Assembly: GCA_937625935.1 (NCBI GenBank)
Contig: OW569371.1
Location: forward strand, 248,001 to 312,000
DNA: 64,000 nucleotides
Direction of reading: 5' to 3'
Source of the DNA: Tetramitus jugosus
Taxonomy: Eukaryota > Protista > Heterolobosea
The notes below the pieces were generated by a model, which worked only from the letters and a program-made list of their open reading frames with translations, had not been told where the DNA came from and searched no databases. Below are positions 1 through 8,896 of the stretch, piece after piece. The stretch's first letter is position 1. Every line of letters begins with the position of its first letter. A program made the translations under genes and the position numbers.

Positions 1-2
1 CA

Positions 3-2489
3 TCACTCTCATCACTATCAACAACAACAATAACAAACAAAAAGAGAAACAGAACAGAAAATGATCAAACTTTGCAACATGAAGAAGACAATGAAGAAGA
101 AACGACAACACCAAAAAAGAAATTTGCAAGATTGAGATTGCAGAGAGAAAACAACAACCACAACAACAACAAACATGAAGCTGATGTTGATGCTCCGAAT
201 GAAAAAATGTCAGTCAAACAAAGTACGCCAAAAAAGCGAACGTTAAGACGACCAAGACCAACGACACGATCATCAACATCCAAAACTTTATCATCACCAA
301 CAAATGTTTCGCCCAAACAAAGTATCACAATTTCGCCAAAAATATCAAATTCTCCTCTGCTGGAGCATGCAAAATCAAAGAGTATTGATTATTCGTCGGA
401 GGATAGTGACAATGTAACACAAACAAAGAAGAGCAGTGCATTGAATAGTAATAATGATGATGATCATCATCATGAAACGACGAATAATGAAGATGGAGTG
501 ACTGGATTTGGAGACGGTGATGATGGTGATGATGGCAAAAAGGATACCAATGCGATAACGAATGATGAAAACAAGGTTATTGTCATTCATAACGGTAATG
601 GTCCAACATCAGATCATATGATTGACAATAATGATAATGGCAATGATGATGATGAAGGAAATTCAGAAGAGGAGATCATGTTTGTTGCTCCTTGTTTAAA
701 CAAGAAGAATGAATCGTCATCATCGTTATCATCTACTCCCACGAAGACATCAAACGACAATGGTTCAATTGAATTTGATGACAGTGATGACAATAACGAT
801 GACGAGAAAAGAGTGGGAACAACTTCTCAACAAACGAAACGACGAGGACGGTTGGCAACACTGAGAAAACGAAAGAGTTTGAGTCAAGTGGACAAGCGAA
901 AGAATGCGTTGGATCAGTTGAGTAAGCGCACGAAACTGCAATCATCACAAGCTCATAATAACAATGATGACAGTGATATGAGTGATAGTGATTACACACT
1001 GAGTAGTAGCGGCGAGGAAGGAGTAGATGATAATGCAGTGAATGTAGTAGAAGAAGCGAAACTTGAGGAAGAAACAGCTCCAAAGAGGAGAAGAGTCGTC
1101 CGAAACAAGCATCACAAGCGCACAGGTAATATGGAGCGCTTAAAGGTTGGATTGGATGACTTTATTGTGTCATCCGACGAAGAAATTGAATTTGAATCTC
1201 CAGACGAATTGGACAAGGTCGTAGAAGAGAAAGTCGTGGAGGTACCAAGCTTGGCCACACAATCAGCCAAGATTACATTTGTGAGCAAGGAAGGAAGGCA
1301 CGTGGAGAAGGAAGTATTCACACAACAACTGGAAAAGGAAGAAAGTGAAGATGACGAAGATAATCGTGATTCAACGGTATCCTCTCCTGAAATCTCCTCT
1401 GGGTACACATCAGTCAAGAGTGCTCCTTTCTTGTTGCGGCCAACTACTACATTGAGCGTGAAGGGTGCATTTATGACGACGTGTCAATATTTTGCTTACT
1501 CTGCCATTTATCCTGAATGGGAGCGCGATGTCCTAAAGGATGACGAGAAGCGAGATCATTACCAACCATGCTTGATCAAAATATTGGATACTGTTAGCTC
1601 CATCAAGGAGAGCTTAGCAGCGAGCTCTGTTTGGACATCCGAATTGTGTGAAGAGATAAAACAACGCACTTTCTTCCATCATCAGGACTTTTTCGCAAGT
1701 TCGGACGAATGTTGTGACGTGTGTCGACGATCGAATCACGAACCTACTTTTGCTGTCTCCTTGTCTGGCGACATAATAGATCAAGGTTTTTATTCGAGGT
1801 ATACGGCATGTAATCCTAACAAGTATATCATTCAAAAGGCCCCAAAGCCCTACAAATTTGTTTCTGCTCGGATATGCTTTGCACGTGTGTCTGTTTATCA
1901 TATCATGCACCACTACAAGTATTTTCTGGTGCGGAAGCTTAAGTCATTGATTTCATCCATCAAGAAAACCGACGAAGCAGACGTGATGATACAAATCGAA
2001 AACTCAAACACATTCTCACTCTTGTATCATGGATTCAACACAATGTTGTCATATGCTGAGGCCATGTCAAGTCCAAGGTGGACAAGAAATAGCTCCGATA
2101 CGACCTATTCGACTCGCTTATGGAGTGTCTTGCCAATCAATCGTATACAAGCATCGAAAACAGCTACTAGCAATGTAGAGACAAGTCAATCTGATCAACC
2201 ACTCACTGGTGAGCAACCATCAACCAGCGACCAGGAAGATGCAAATCGAGAGATACCTCCTTCTCCCGTGGAAATGCCAGCATCGCCAGTCCTTTTCTCG
2301 ACCCAAGATCCAACACCCTCTCAAGTGACTGTCTCATTCCCATTAATAGAGACCAAACAAGAAGAAACAGAATCGGAAGGAAAGGAAAAAGAAAACCATG
2401 TTGACAAAGCAGAGGACAATGAGGAAGAAGAGGATGATATGTGCATCCTTCTTAGTGATGACGAGGACGAAGCCATGGAACAAAATTAA
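3..2489 (+). CDS. DUF4211/CCDC82-like protein with long acidic low-complexity N-terminus; 5'-truncated by window edge
   Basis: The frame of ORF 72..2489 is open back to position 3 with no stop. The C-terminal region 'ASSVWT...CDVCRRSNH...ICFARVSVYHIMHHYKY' resembles DUF4211. Confidence 0.6.
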   Translation, partial: SLSSLSTTTITNKKRNRTENDQTLQHEEDNEEETTTPKKKFARLRLQRENNNHNNNKHEADVDAPNEKMSVKQSTPKKRTLRRPRPTTRSSTSKTLSSPTNVSPKQSITISPKISNSPLLEHAKSKSIDYSSEDSDNVTQTKKSSALNSNNDDDHHHETTNNEDGVTGFGDGDDGDDGKKDTNAITNDENKVIVIHNGNGPTSDHMIDNNDNGNDDDEGNSEEEIMFVAPCLNKKNESSSSLSSTPTKTSNDNGSIEFDDSDDNNDDEKRVGTTSQQTKRRGRLATLRKRKSLSQVDKRKNALDQLSKRTKLQSSQAHNNNDDSDMSDSDYTLSSSGEEGVDDNAVNVVEEAKLEEETAPKRRRVVRNKHHKRTGNMERLKVGLDDFIVSSDEEIEFESPDELDKVVEEKVVEVPSLATQSAKITFVSKEGRHVEKEVFTQQLEKEESEDDEDNRDSTVSSPEISSGYTSVKSAPFLLRPTTTLSVKGAFMTTCQYFAYSAIYPEWERDVLKDDEKRDHYQPCLIKILDTVSSIKESLAASSVWTSELCEEIKQRTFFHHQDFFASSDECCDVCRRSNHEPTFAVSLSGDIIDQGFYSRYTACNPNKYIIQKAPKPYKFVSARICFARVSVYHIMHHYKYFLVRKLKSLISSIKKTDEADVMIQIENSNTFSLLYHGFNTMLSYAEAMSSPRWTRNSSDTTYSTRLWSVLPINRIQASKTATSNVETSQSDQPLTGEQPSTSDQEDANREIPPSPVEMPASPVLFSTQDPTPSQVTVSFPLIETKQEETESEGKEKENHVDKAEDNEEEEDDMCILLSDDEDEAMEQN

Positions 2490-2765
2490 ATCGTGTAATA
2501 ACATCATGTCCTCATTATGGTTAATGTCAAGTTACACAACTCATGATATCCGTAATACTCAGGTATGGATATCATGATATTCACTCCATTCTGCCGAGAC
2601 AATACCTTTTTGGAGAAATTTGAGGCCCGAATCAAGTGTGCGGTAATATTAGCCTGCAAATGGGAAAATCCTTCCGTCCGTCATCTTCTTGAAATTTCTC
2701 ACTGCGTCAAACGTCGGATCTCATACGGAGCAAAGAGGGGAATTTTTACAAAAGCAGAAAGAAAC

Positions 2766-4145
2766 ATGAGAAGAAAAAAACAAAAGCAAAACCACTGTCA
2801 TCATCATGGATCACCACATCAAGCTCATCATCACCTCTCAAACACAGCCACTTCACAAGCATACATTCCCAACTCTTCCTATCTCACTCTGAGCAACGAT
2901 CAGAGAGAAGAGTCACAAAAATTGGAAGATGAAGTGTTGGAAGCGATCAACTATTTCTCTGTGCTCAGTTCTTTTGCAGCCTATGAGATTCACTCGTTTC
3001 ATCATTTGATGATTCGCCAAAATTACTTTGGTCAGTTGAGTGAAGAGCGCAAGCAAATGGTCCACGGTTTGATTTCTGCGCGATACAATCTACAGCGGAA
3101 AGCATTTGCCGCCAATTATAATCTCATTCTAAAATTGTTGCCGCGAGATCACGTTGGCGCAATGGAAGTTGGAAGGCCAAGAGGCACTTCGACGACGACT
3201 GCCACGACAACTTCTGTCGATGGAAGCTCAAGCTCTCAAGATGCTGGAGGTGTCAATGAACAAATTGAAGGATTGTATCCAAGACGCATATCCATTAAGG
3301 TTCCACCTCACTTACAAAAGGGAGTAAAAGTAAGTGATGAAGATGTAGATAAGGTTCACTCCACTCTGAAAGCAATCATGAGAGATTGGAGCACTGAGGG
3401 CTCCACTGAGAGAAATGACATTTATCAGCCAATTCTCAACGCTCTCGTCTCTCATTTTGGTGAGAGCGCACCAACACCTGAATCTCGTTCCCAGATACGA
3501 GTGGTCACTCCTGGTTGTGGTCTCGCTAGGTTGACCTGGGAAATTGCTCGCCTCGGTTTCAATTGTCAAGGCAACGAATACTCGTTTTATATGCTATTGG
3601 CAGCCAATTTCATTCTGAATGAGGTCACACAGAAAGATCAGTATGTCATTCATCCGTTTGTGCATCAAAGTATTAATCTTACTTCTGCACAGGATCAATT
3701 GTGTCCAGTTTCCATACCTGATGTGAACCCGCTATCGTTGAATGAACTGTTACCAACAGGAAAAACAGCAAACTTGTCCATGGTAGCAGGCGATTTCATC
3801 GAGGTGTACTCGGATGACAACTATGCATCAACGTTCGATTGTGTCGTCACTTGCTTCTTTATTGACACCGCAAAGAACATATTTGACTACATTGATGTTA
3901 TCCATCGGATATTGAAGAAGGGAGGATTATGGATCAACCTGGGGCCATTACTCTACCACTATGCAGAGATGCCAAACACGTTCAGCATCGAATTGACATA
4001 TGAAGAATTACGGCAAGTTATCGTTAGCAACCAACGGTTTGAAATCAAAGAGGAGAATTGTGTGGATAGCACCTACTGTAACAATCCGAGATCGATGCTA
4101 CAGGCCACATACAGGACCATTTTCTTCCAAGCTATAAAGTTGTGA
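2766..4145 (+). CDS. CARNMT1: Carnosine N-methyltransferase (N2227-like family)
   Basis: Motifs 'KVHSTLKAIMRDWSTEG', 'VVTPGCGLARL', 'QGNEYSFYM', 'SMVAGDFIEVY', 'TCFFIDTAKN', 'WINLGPLLYH'. Start chosen at ATG 2766; the ORF track begins at 2565. Confidence 0.9.
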   Translation: MRRKKQKQNHCHHHGSPHQAHHHLSNTATSQAYIPNSSYLTLSNDQREESQKLEDEVLEAINYFSVLSSFAAYEIHSFHHLMIRQNYFGQLSEERKQMVHGLISARYNLQRKAFAANYNLILKLLPRDHVGAMEVGRPRGTSTTTATTTSVDGSSSSQDAGGVNEQIEGLYPRRISIKVPPHLQKGVKVSDEDVDKVHSTLKAIMRDWSTEGSTERNDIYQPILNALVSHFGESAPTPESRSQIRVVTPGCGLARLTWEIARLGFNCQGNEYSFYMLLAANFILNEVTQKDQYVIHPFVHQSINLTSAQDQLCPVSIPDVNPLSLNELLPTGKTANLSMVAGDFIEVYSDDNYASTFDCVVTCFFIDTAKNIFDYIDVIHRILKKGGLWINLGPLLYHYAEMPNTFSIELTYEELRQVIVSNQRFEIKEENCVDSTYCNNPRSMLQATYRTIFFQAIKL

Positions 4146-4453
4146 AATTCATGAATTCTTCTGATTTCGGACAACAGCCCGCCTCGAATAGGAGCATTCC
4201 CCGTCGACAGGAAGTGGACATTTCGATTACTCAGAATATTTTGCTTCTTTTGCTGCGTGTCGTCAACATCAATCCGTCACCCATGACTCTATTTCGGCGT
4301 ACGAGAGCAAACAACACCAACAACAAACACTCAATTTTGCTTCTTGTTTCTTCTTCAGAGCTCAATTCAAAGAGTAGAAAGCAATAAAAACAGGCATCAA
4401 CACAAACCAGAAACAACAATAACAAAACACTCTCGTATGAAGAATAAGCAAGA

Positions 4454-5716
4454 ATGAAAACAACAGAGCGGAGTATTCTATCAAAAACAGAGTCATCTCA
4501 CTTTCTACCGCCAGATGTTCTCGTTATCCTATTTTCATTCTTGAGAGCACATGAAGTGGTCAACAATTGTGCGAGAACGTGTCGTGATTGGCGCCTCTTG
4601 GTTCATGGTTGCGCCACACGCAATCACACTGACAATGGCAATAACAATCATAATAGTGATGATAACAATTTTGATTGTGAGTCATTTGAGCGGTGCACTC
4701 TACTGTGGCGAACGCTTCATCAGCAACGATGGCGCGCGACAAAAAATTTAACACGACACATGTTGAACAACCATGAGGATTACAATAATAATAATAATAA
4801 TGATAATAACCATGGCAATATGGACAACGATCAAGAGAAAAAGGAAGATAATGAAACAACTGTAACAACAACAACAATACCAACGACCAGTACGAAATCA
4901 TGGAGAAGGCAATTTGAGCATCAATTGAAACAATTGACCTTTCCATGTGCCATCTGTCAAGAAGCATGTTCATTCGAACATCGCTTGTTCATTGATCGTC
5001 CCAAATTTATTCGACCATGCAAGTGTCTCATTGGATACGCTCATGTTCAGTGCTGGAACCACACTCGTCGCTACAAGAATGAACAATTTCTCATGTTGAA
5101 ATCCAGTTCTCAGAGTCTGCCGTTTCAACGATGTGCAAACTGTAGTTCACTGTACAAAATGAGAGAAGACCCACAGTACGATGGCAAATATTTTAGTGCC
5201 AAGGAGAATATTGCACGGAAGCGAATGAATTTGTTTACAGTGATTTTCTCGGTGGTGGCTCTGTTGATTTATTTGTTGTTGGATCGGTTCACGGATAATG
5301 GTGCATTGTCAAATATTGGCTTCTATTTTTCAATGTTTTGTGTTTCTGTTGTCTGGGCGTTTGTCATGGTGATAATTATAGAGGTCAACACACGGTTCTA
5401 CAATGATGAAATGGTCAAGCGATTTTACTTAGTTGATTTTGTGACTGCTCCGGATTGTTTGAGTGAGGAGAGTGGATTGGAAACGGGTACGAGTAGTGGT
5501 AGAAGTATCAATGGAAGTAAATATGGTGGTGGTTTCATTGAGCGCTTCATGGCCCGTTCTGGTTTGTGGGCTGTAATTAAGGCAGCCATCGAAAGCTTTT
5601 ATTTGACAAGAGTAGGTCAAAATCGCAGCTCGAGCGATCTTTTGGCAAAGCAACGAAAACTGGAAACAAGACAACGACCTGGTGCAAAACAAACGTTGGA
5701 TTCCTGCACGCAATAA
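4454..5716 (+). CDS. F-box + RING-CH (RINGv) + two transmembrane segments; MARCH-like E3 ligase chimera
   Basis: F-box 'LPPDVLVILFSFLRAHEVVNNCARTCRDW'; C4HC3 pattern 'CAIC...PCKC...AHVQC...CANC'; two hydrophobic segments after the RING; AATAAA at the stop. Confidence 0.75.
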   Translation: MKTTERSILSKTESSHFLPPDVLVILFSFLRAHEVVNNCARTCRDWRLLVHGCATRNHTDNGNNNHNSDDNNFDCESFERCTLLWRTLHQQRWRATKNLTRHMLNNHEDYNNNNNNDNNHGNMDNDQEKKEDNETTVTTTTIPTTSTKSWRRQFEHQLKQLTFPCAICQEACSFEHRLFIDRPKFIRPCKCLIGYAHVQCWNHTRRYKNEQFLMLKSSSQSLPFQRCANCSSLYKMREDPQYDGKYFSAKENIARKRMNLFTVIFSVVALLIYLLLDRFTDNGALSNIGFYFSMFCVSVVWAFVMVIIIEVNTRFYNDEMVKRFYLVDFVTAPDCLSEESGLETGTSSGRSINGSKYGGGFIERFMARSGLWAVIKAAIESFYLTRVGQNRSSSDLLAKQRKLETRQRPGAKQTLDSCTQ

Positions 5717-5867
5717 AACAACTCGCTCAGTTTTTCGTAAGTCGGGGATGACGGATGACAAGTTATTCCGCCATACCATCACCCCAAAGAAACGAACTAT
5801 CCAGAACGAAGAAGAAAAAAAGCGAAGAAGCAGAAACAACCCACAAACCATCCAATAGAAGAAAGAA

Positions 5868-7271
5868 ATGCTCAAAAAGGTCTCACGTAAATTGTTTGGT
5901 TCCATCATCAACAGAAAAGATCAATCCAATGACCTGGCTTCCTTCCAAAAAAACACCAATGCCCACCACCATTCTGACGTCTCGTCTTCCGATTCGGCCC
6001 TAACCGCAGACACGACTACTACCACAACAACATTGGCCATCAAAAGTTTAGAATCGGTGGCGGCAGTCGGTATAGAGACCTATTCCATTGAAGAATTGTG
6101 TGAGAGATATATCAAGAGAAGTCAAGAAGAAGACATTCCAATGAATTACGAGCAAATTACGGTGTCTGGTCTCGTTCAATTCTGTTATGATATTCAGTGT
6201 GTTCCGAAGAATGATGTCAGTGTGTTGGTCGTCTTTTATCATTTATTGCTGTTGGTGAATGACGACCATACGAAACAAAATTGTGAAAATGACAATGAAC
6301 TTGCGACGAAAAAGAAGCAGAAGAATTGTTTGGAGCATCCGTACATGGTGTCGAAACAACAATTTTTGGAAGGATGGCAACGATTCGATTGTAAAAATTT
6401 GAAGGACATTAAAAATAGAGTTCGAATTTGGCGCGAAGAATGGGAAAAGAGCGCGAGTCGGAGTATTGAAATTGGCGGGAAGAATCTTGACGTGCCTGGT
6501 GACGGAAGTGGTGGTAGCAGTAGCAATGACGACCGTCAACAACATCGACCCGAAAGCTTGTTCCATGATGTGTACAAGTTTGCATTTGATTTCAATGTAG
6601 GTGTGAGCTTGGACAGTGAAGATGAAAATGATGGATTTGAGACGATTGAGGATGCGATTGCTGGATGGGACTTGTTCTTTAGGAATCGGTGGCCACTGTA
6701 CCAGCAATGGGTTCAGTTTGCAAAGCAAAGATATGGTAGTCAAGCCGTGAATAACACTTCTTCATTGTCGCCAATGTCACCACCAGAGCCTACGAGCACA
6801 GCACTATTAGCAGAACAAATGGAAGAAGAACAAGGAGGAGAAAGAGAAGGAAAAGAAGAAGAACAAGAAACAGAGAATAATGAAGAAGAGCAAGAGGTCA
6901 TACAAGAAGTTTCTTTGAAGGAAGAAACAATGATGGCCGATGATCATATTACCATAACGAGAGATATTTGGCAATCTTTTTATTCATTTGTGATCGAGTA
7001 TTGGACAACTGAACAGTTGTTGGACTTTAAAGAAGATGATAGAGAATGGCCTGTTATGATTCTTGAGTTTGTTCAGAGTGTTGTGTCAGCGCTTGCTGCA
7101 CCTCAACAAGAACCAGAGCAGGAAACCACCAAGGAGCACGAGGGTGAAGAGAACTGTGAGTCTTCACTAACACAGGAGGCAGAAACCCTACCGAAGGAAG
7201 ACACCCACGAACAAAGTCATGAACAAGAAAAAGAAGTTCACCAGGTACAGCAAGAAGCAAATGTTTTGTAA
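5868..7271 (+). CDS. DCN1-like protein (PONY/cullin-binding domain), divergent
   Basis: 'GLVQFCYDI', 'SKQQFLEGW', 'FHDVYKFAFDF', 'AIAGWDLFF', 'ITRDIWQSFYSF' and 'WPVMILEFV' follow DCN1 motif order, with acidic insertions. Confidence 0.75.
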   Translation: MLKKVSRKLFGSIINRKDQSNDLASFQKNTNAHHHSDVSSSDSALTADTTTTTTTLAIKSLESVAAVGIETYSIEELCERYIKRSQEEDIPMNYEQITVSGLVQFCYDIQCVPKNDVSVLVVFYHLLLLVNDDHTKQNCENDNELATKKKQKNCLEHPYMVSKQQFLEGWQRFDCKNLKDIKNRVRIWREEWEKSASRSIEIGGKNLDVPGDGSGGSSSNDDRQQHRPESLFHDVYKFAFDFNVGVSLDSEDENDGFETIEDAIAGWDLFFRNRWPLYQQWVQFAKQRYGSQAVNNTSSLSPMSPPEPTSTALLAEQMEEEQGGEREGKEEEQETENNEEEQEVIQEVSLKEETMMADDHITITRDIWQSFYSFVIEYWTTEQLLDFKEDDREWPVMILEFVQSVVSALAAPQQEPEQETTKEHEGEENCESSLTQEAETLPKEDTHEQSHEQEKEVHQVQQEANVL

Positions 7272-7392
7272 ACCATGTGACAAAAAATTATCGACTCCAT
7301 CAAAAACCTCTTCCTCCGGTTGGCGACCATTGAGTACTCTTGTTCCTTGTACGGCAACGAGAGGGAGATGTATGCAGACAGTCAATTCACGC

Positions 7393-7540
7393 ATGGTTTT
7401 TAATCTCATTGATTGTCCTGTCCTGGTCATGTCGAATTGTCTTCTGAGATGACTGCGGCACTTCGATTAACTGATGGAACCATTGTCGTTGTTGACTCAG
7501 TAGAGGGATGCCATTCTCAGACTGAAACCAATCAAGTGTT
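7393..7540 (+). pseudogene. Fragment of translation elongation factor 2 (eEF2/EF-G family) G-domain, frameshifted
   Basis: 'FNLIDCP' then '[35 protein letters not shown]' matches eEF2 '[31 protein letters not shown]..EG...QTET'. The two halves are separated by a 5-nt duplication (GTCCT at 7415-7419 and 7420-7424). Confidence 0.8.
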
Positions 7541-7697
7541 CTTGAGAGTTCACTATTCTACAGATAGAATACTTGGAGTTGACTCACGAGAATGTGAGTC
7601 TATGATTGTTCGTCGATTGTAGACACTGAGCAGAACGAAAAAGCCGAGTTTAAACTAACTACGAATAAATTAATATTTTACACCGATTGACAAATAA

Positions 7698-8795
7698 TCA
7701 CTGATTCACTACACTTTCTCCGTACATCACTTGCTGAGACAACGGTAGAGACATTTCTTGAGATGCGCTATGAGATGACTGTGGCACTTGAATATCTGAG
7801 TGTCGCTGTATGTTGCGTACCTGTTCGTTCAGTATGGACAACTGGAGCGAAAGTCTTTGATTTTCATTGTACAATTCTTCATATTGATCCACCAAGTCGT
7901 CGTTTGCAGACATGGCACTCTTACAAAACTCTTCAACTTTGGCAATATCAAAGAACCTTCCACCGAATGAACTCAACGCCGCTTCGTACATTTCACCACT
8001 AATGAACTGTTCACTGTTTAAGAAATCGTTTGAAATGTTCATTTGACGTTCATTCCGGAAGAATTGAGACATTTGTCCAGATTGAACAAACAATGACAAA
8101 TCTCTTTTCAATGTCAATGCATGATCAAAGACCGGTACTTGCTCACTGCTACTACTGCCACCATTTTTGTGGTTCTGGTGATTTACATCAGTATCTATAC
8201 ACTTTAACGCATGCTCAAACAGAGCTTGCATGTATAAATCAGTCGTGTACACAGAGTAGACACGAATTTGATTCTTGAAGACTTGAACCATTTCATCACG
8301 TTGTTCCGTCAACGTACGTCCATTGATCACCAAACCAATCAACATTCCAAACTGTTTTCTCATCTTTTCATCTTGAATATTGTTCTTGATCAGATATTTC
8401 ATCAATTGGAGGTGCATTTGACGAAATGTGTGCTTGACCATTAGTTCTTGCTCTTCTTGGACTTGTTGAGCAGTGGCAGTGTCAGACGGTGTGTAATTGA
8501 ACACAATGTACCATCCCAGGATACCATCAGTCGTTGACGACGGAAAAGCAAAAGTTTCTTGTTGTACCTGTTGTTGAGCTTCAGCTGCTTGGTCAAAGCT
8601 ATCATTGTTCATTGGAGCTTCTTCACCACCACCTCTTGGACATTCTTTGGGAGAATGATGGGAGTACTCCTTGATGTGAATGTGCTTTCCTTCACTGTGA
8701 GAAACAATGGATCCATAGAGCCAACCGAATCGCCTTCTGTGAGAATCACATTGCAATCGAGCAACAAGATCCTTGTGAACGTAAATCTTGGTCAT
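7698..8795 (-). CDS. MPN(-)-like protein with C-terminal coiled coil, possibly Abraxas/ABRO1-like
   Basis: 'FGWLYG...IHIKEY' and 'ILGWY' resemble MPN strands; no JAMM HxH motif; heptad-rich C-terminus. Start placed at ATG 8795. Confidence 0.45.
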   Translation of the reverse strand: MTKIYVHKDLVARLQCDSHRRRFGWLYGSIVSHSEGKHIHIKEYSHHSPKECPRGGGEEAPMNNDSFDQAAEAQQQVQQETFAFPSSTTDGILGWYIVFNYTPSDTATAQQVQEEQELMVKHTFRQMHLQLMKYLIKNNIQDEKMRKQFGMLIGLVINGRTLTEQRDEMVQVFKNQIRVYSVYTTDLYMQALFEHALKCIDTDVNHQNHKNGGSSSSEQVPVFDHALTLKRDLSLFVQSGQMSQFFRNERQMNISNDFLNSEQFISGEMYEAALSSFGGRFFDIAKVEEFCKSAMSANDDLVDQYEELYNENQRLSLQLSILNEQVRNIQRHSDIQVPQSSHSASQEMSLPLSQQVMYGESVVNQ

Positions 8796-8896
8796 TGTGT
8801 AATACTCTTTTTTTGAGAAGAAATGCGACTTGTTGATCGCAAAAAAATGAGCTCCAGAGAACCATCTGCATGTACCTTGGACGACGTCAGTTTTTT

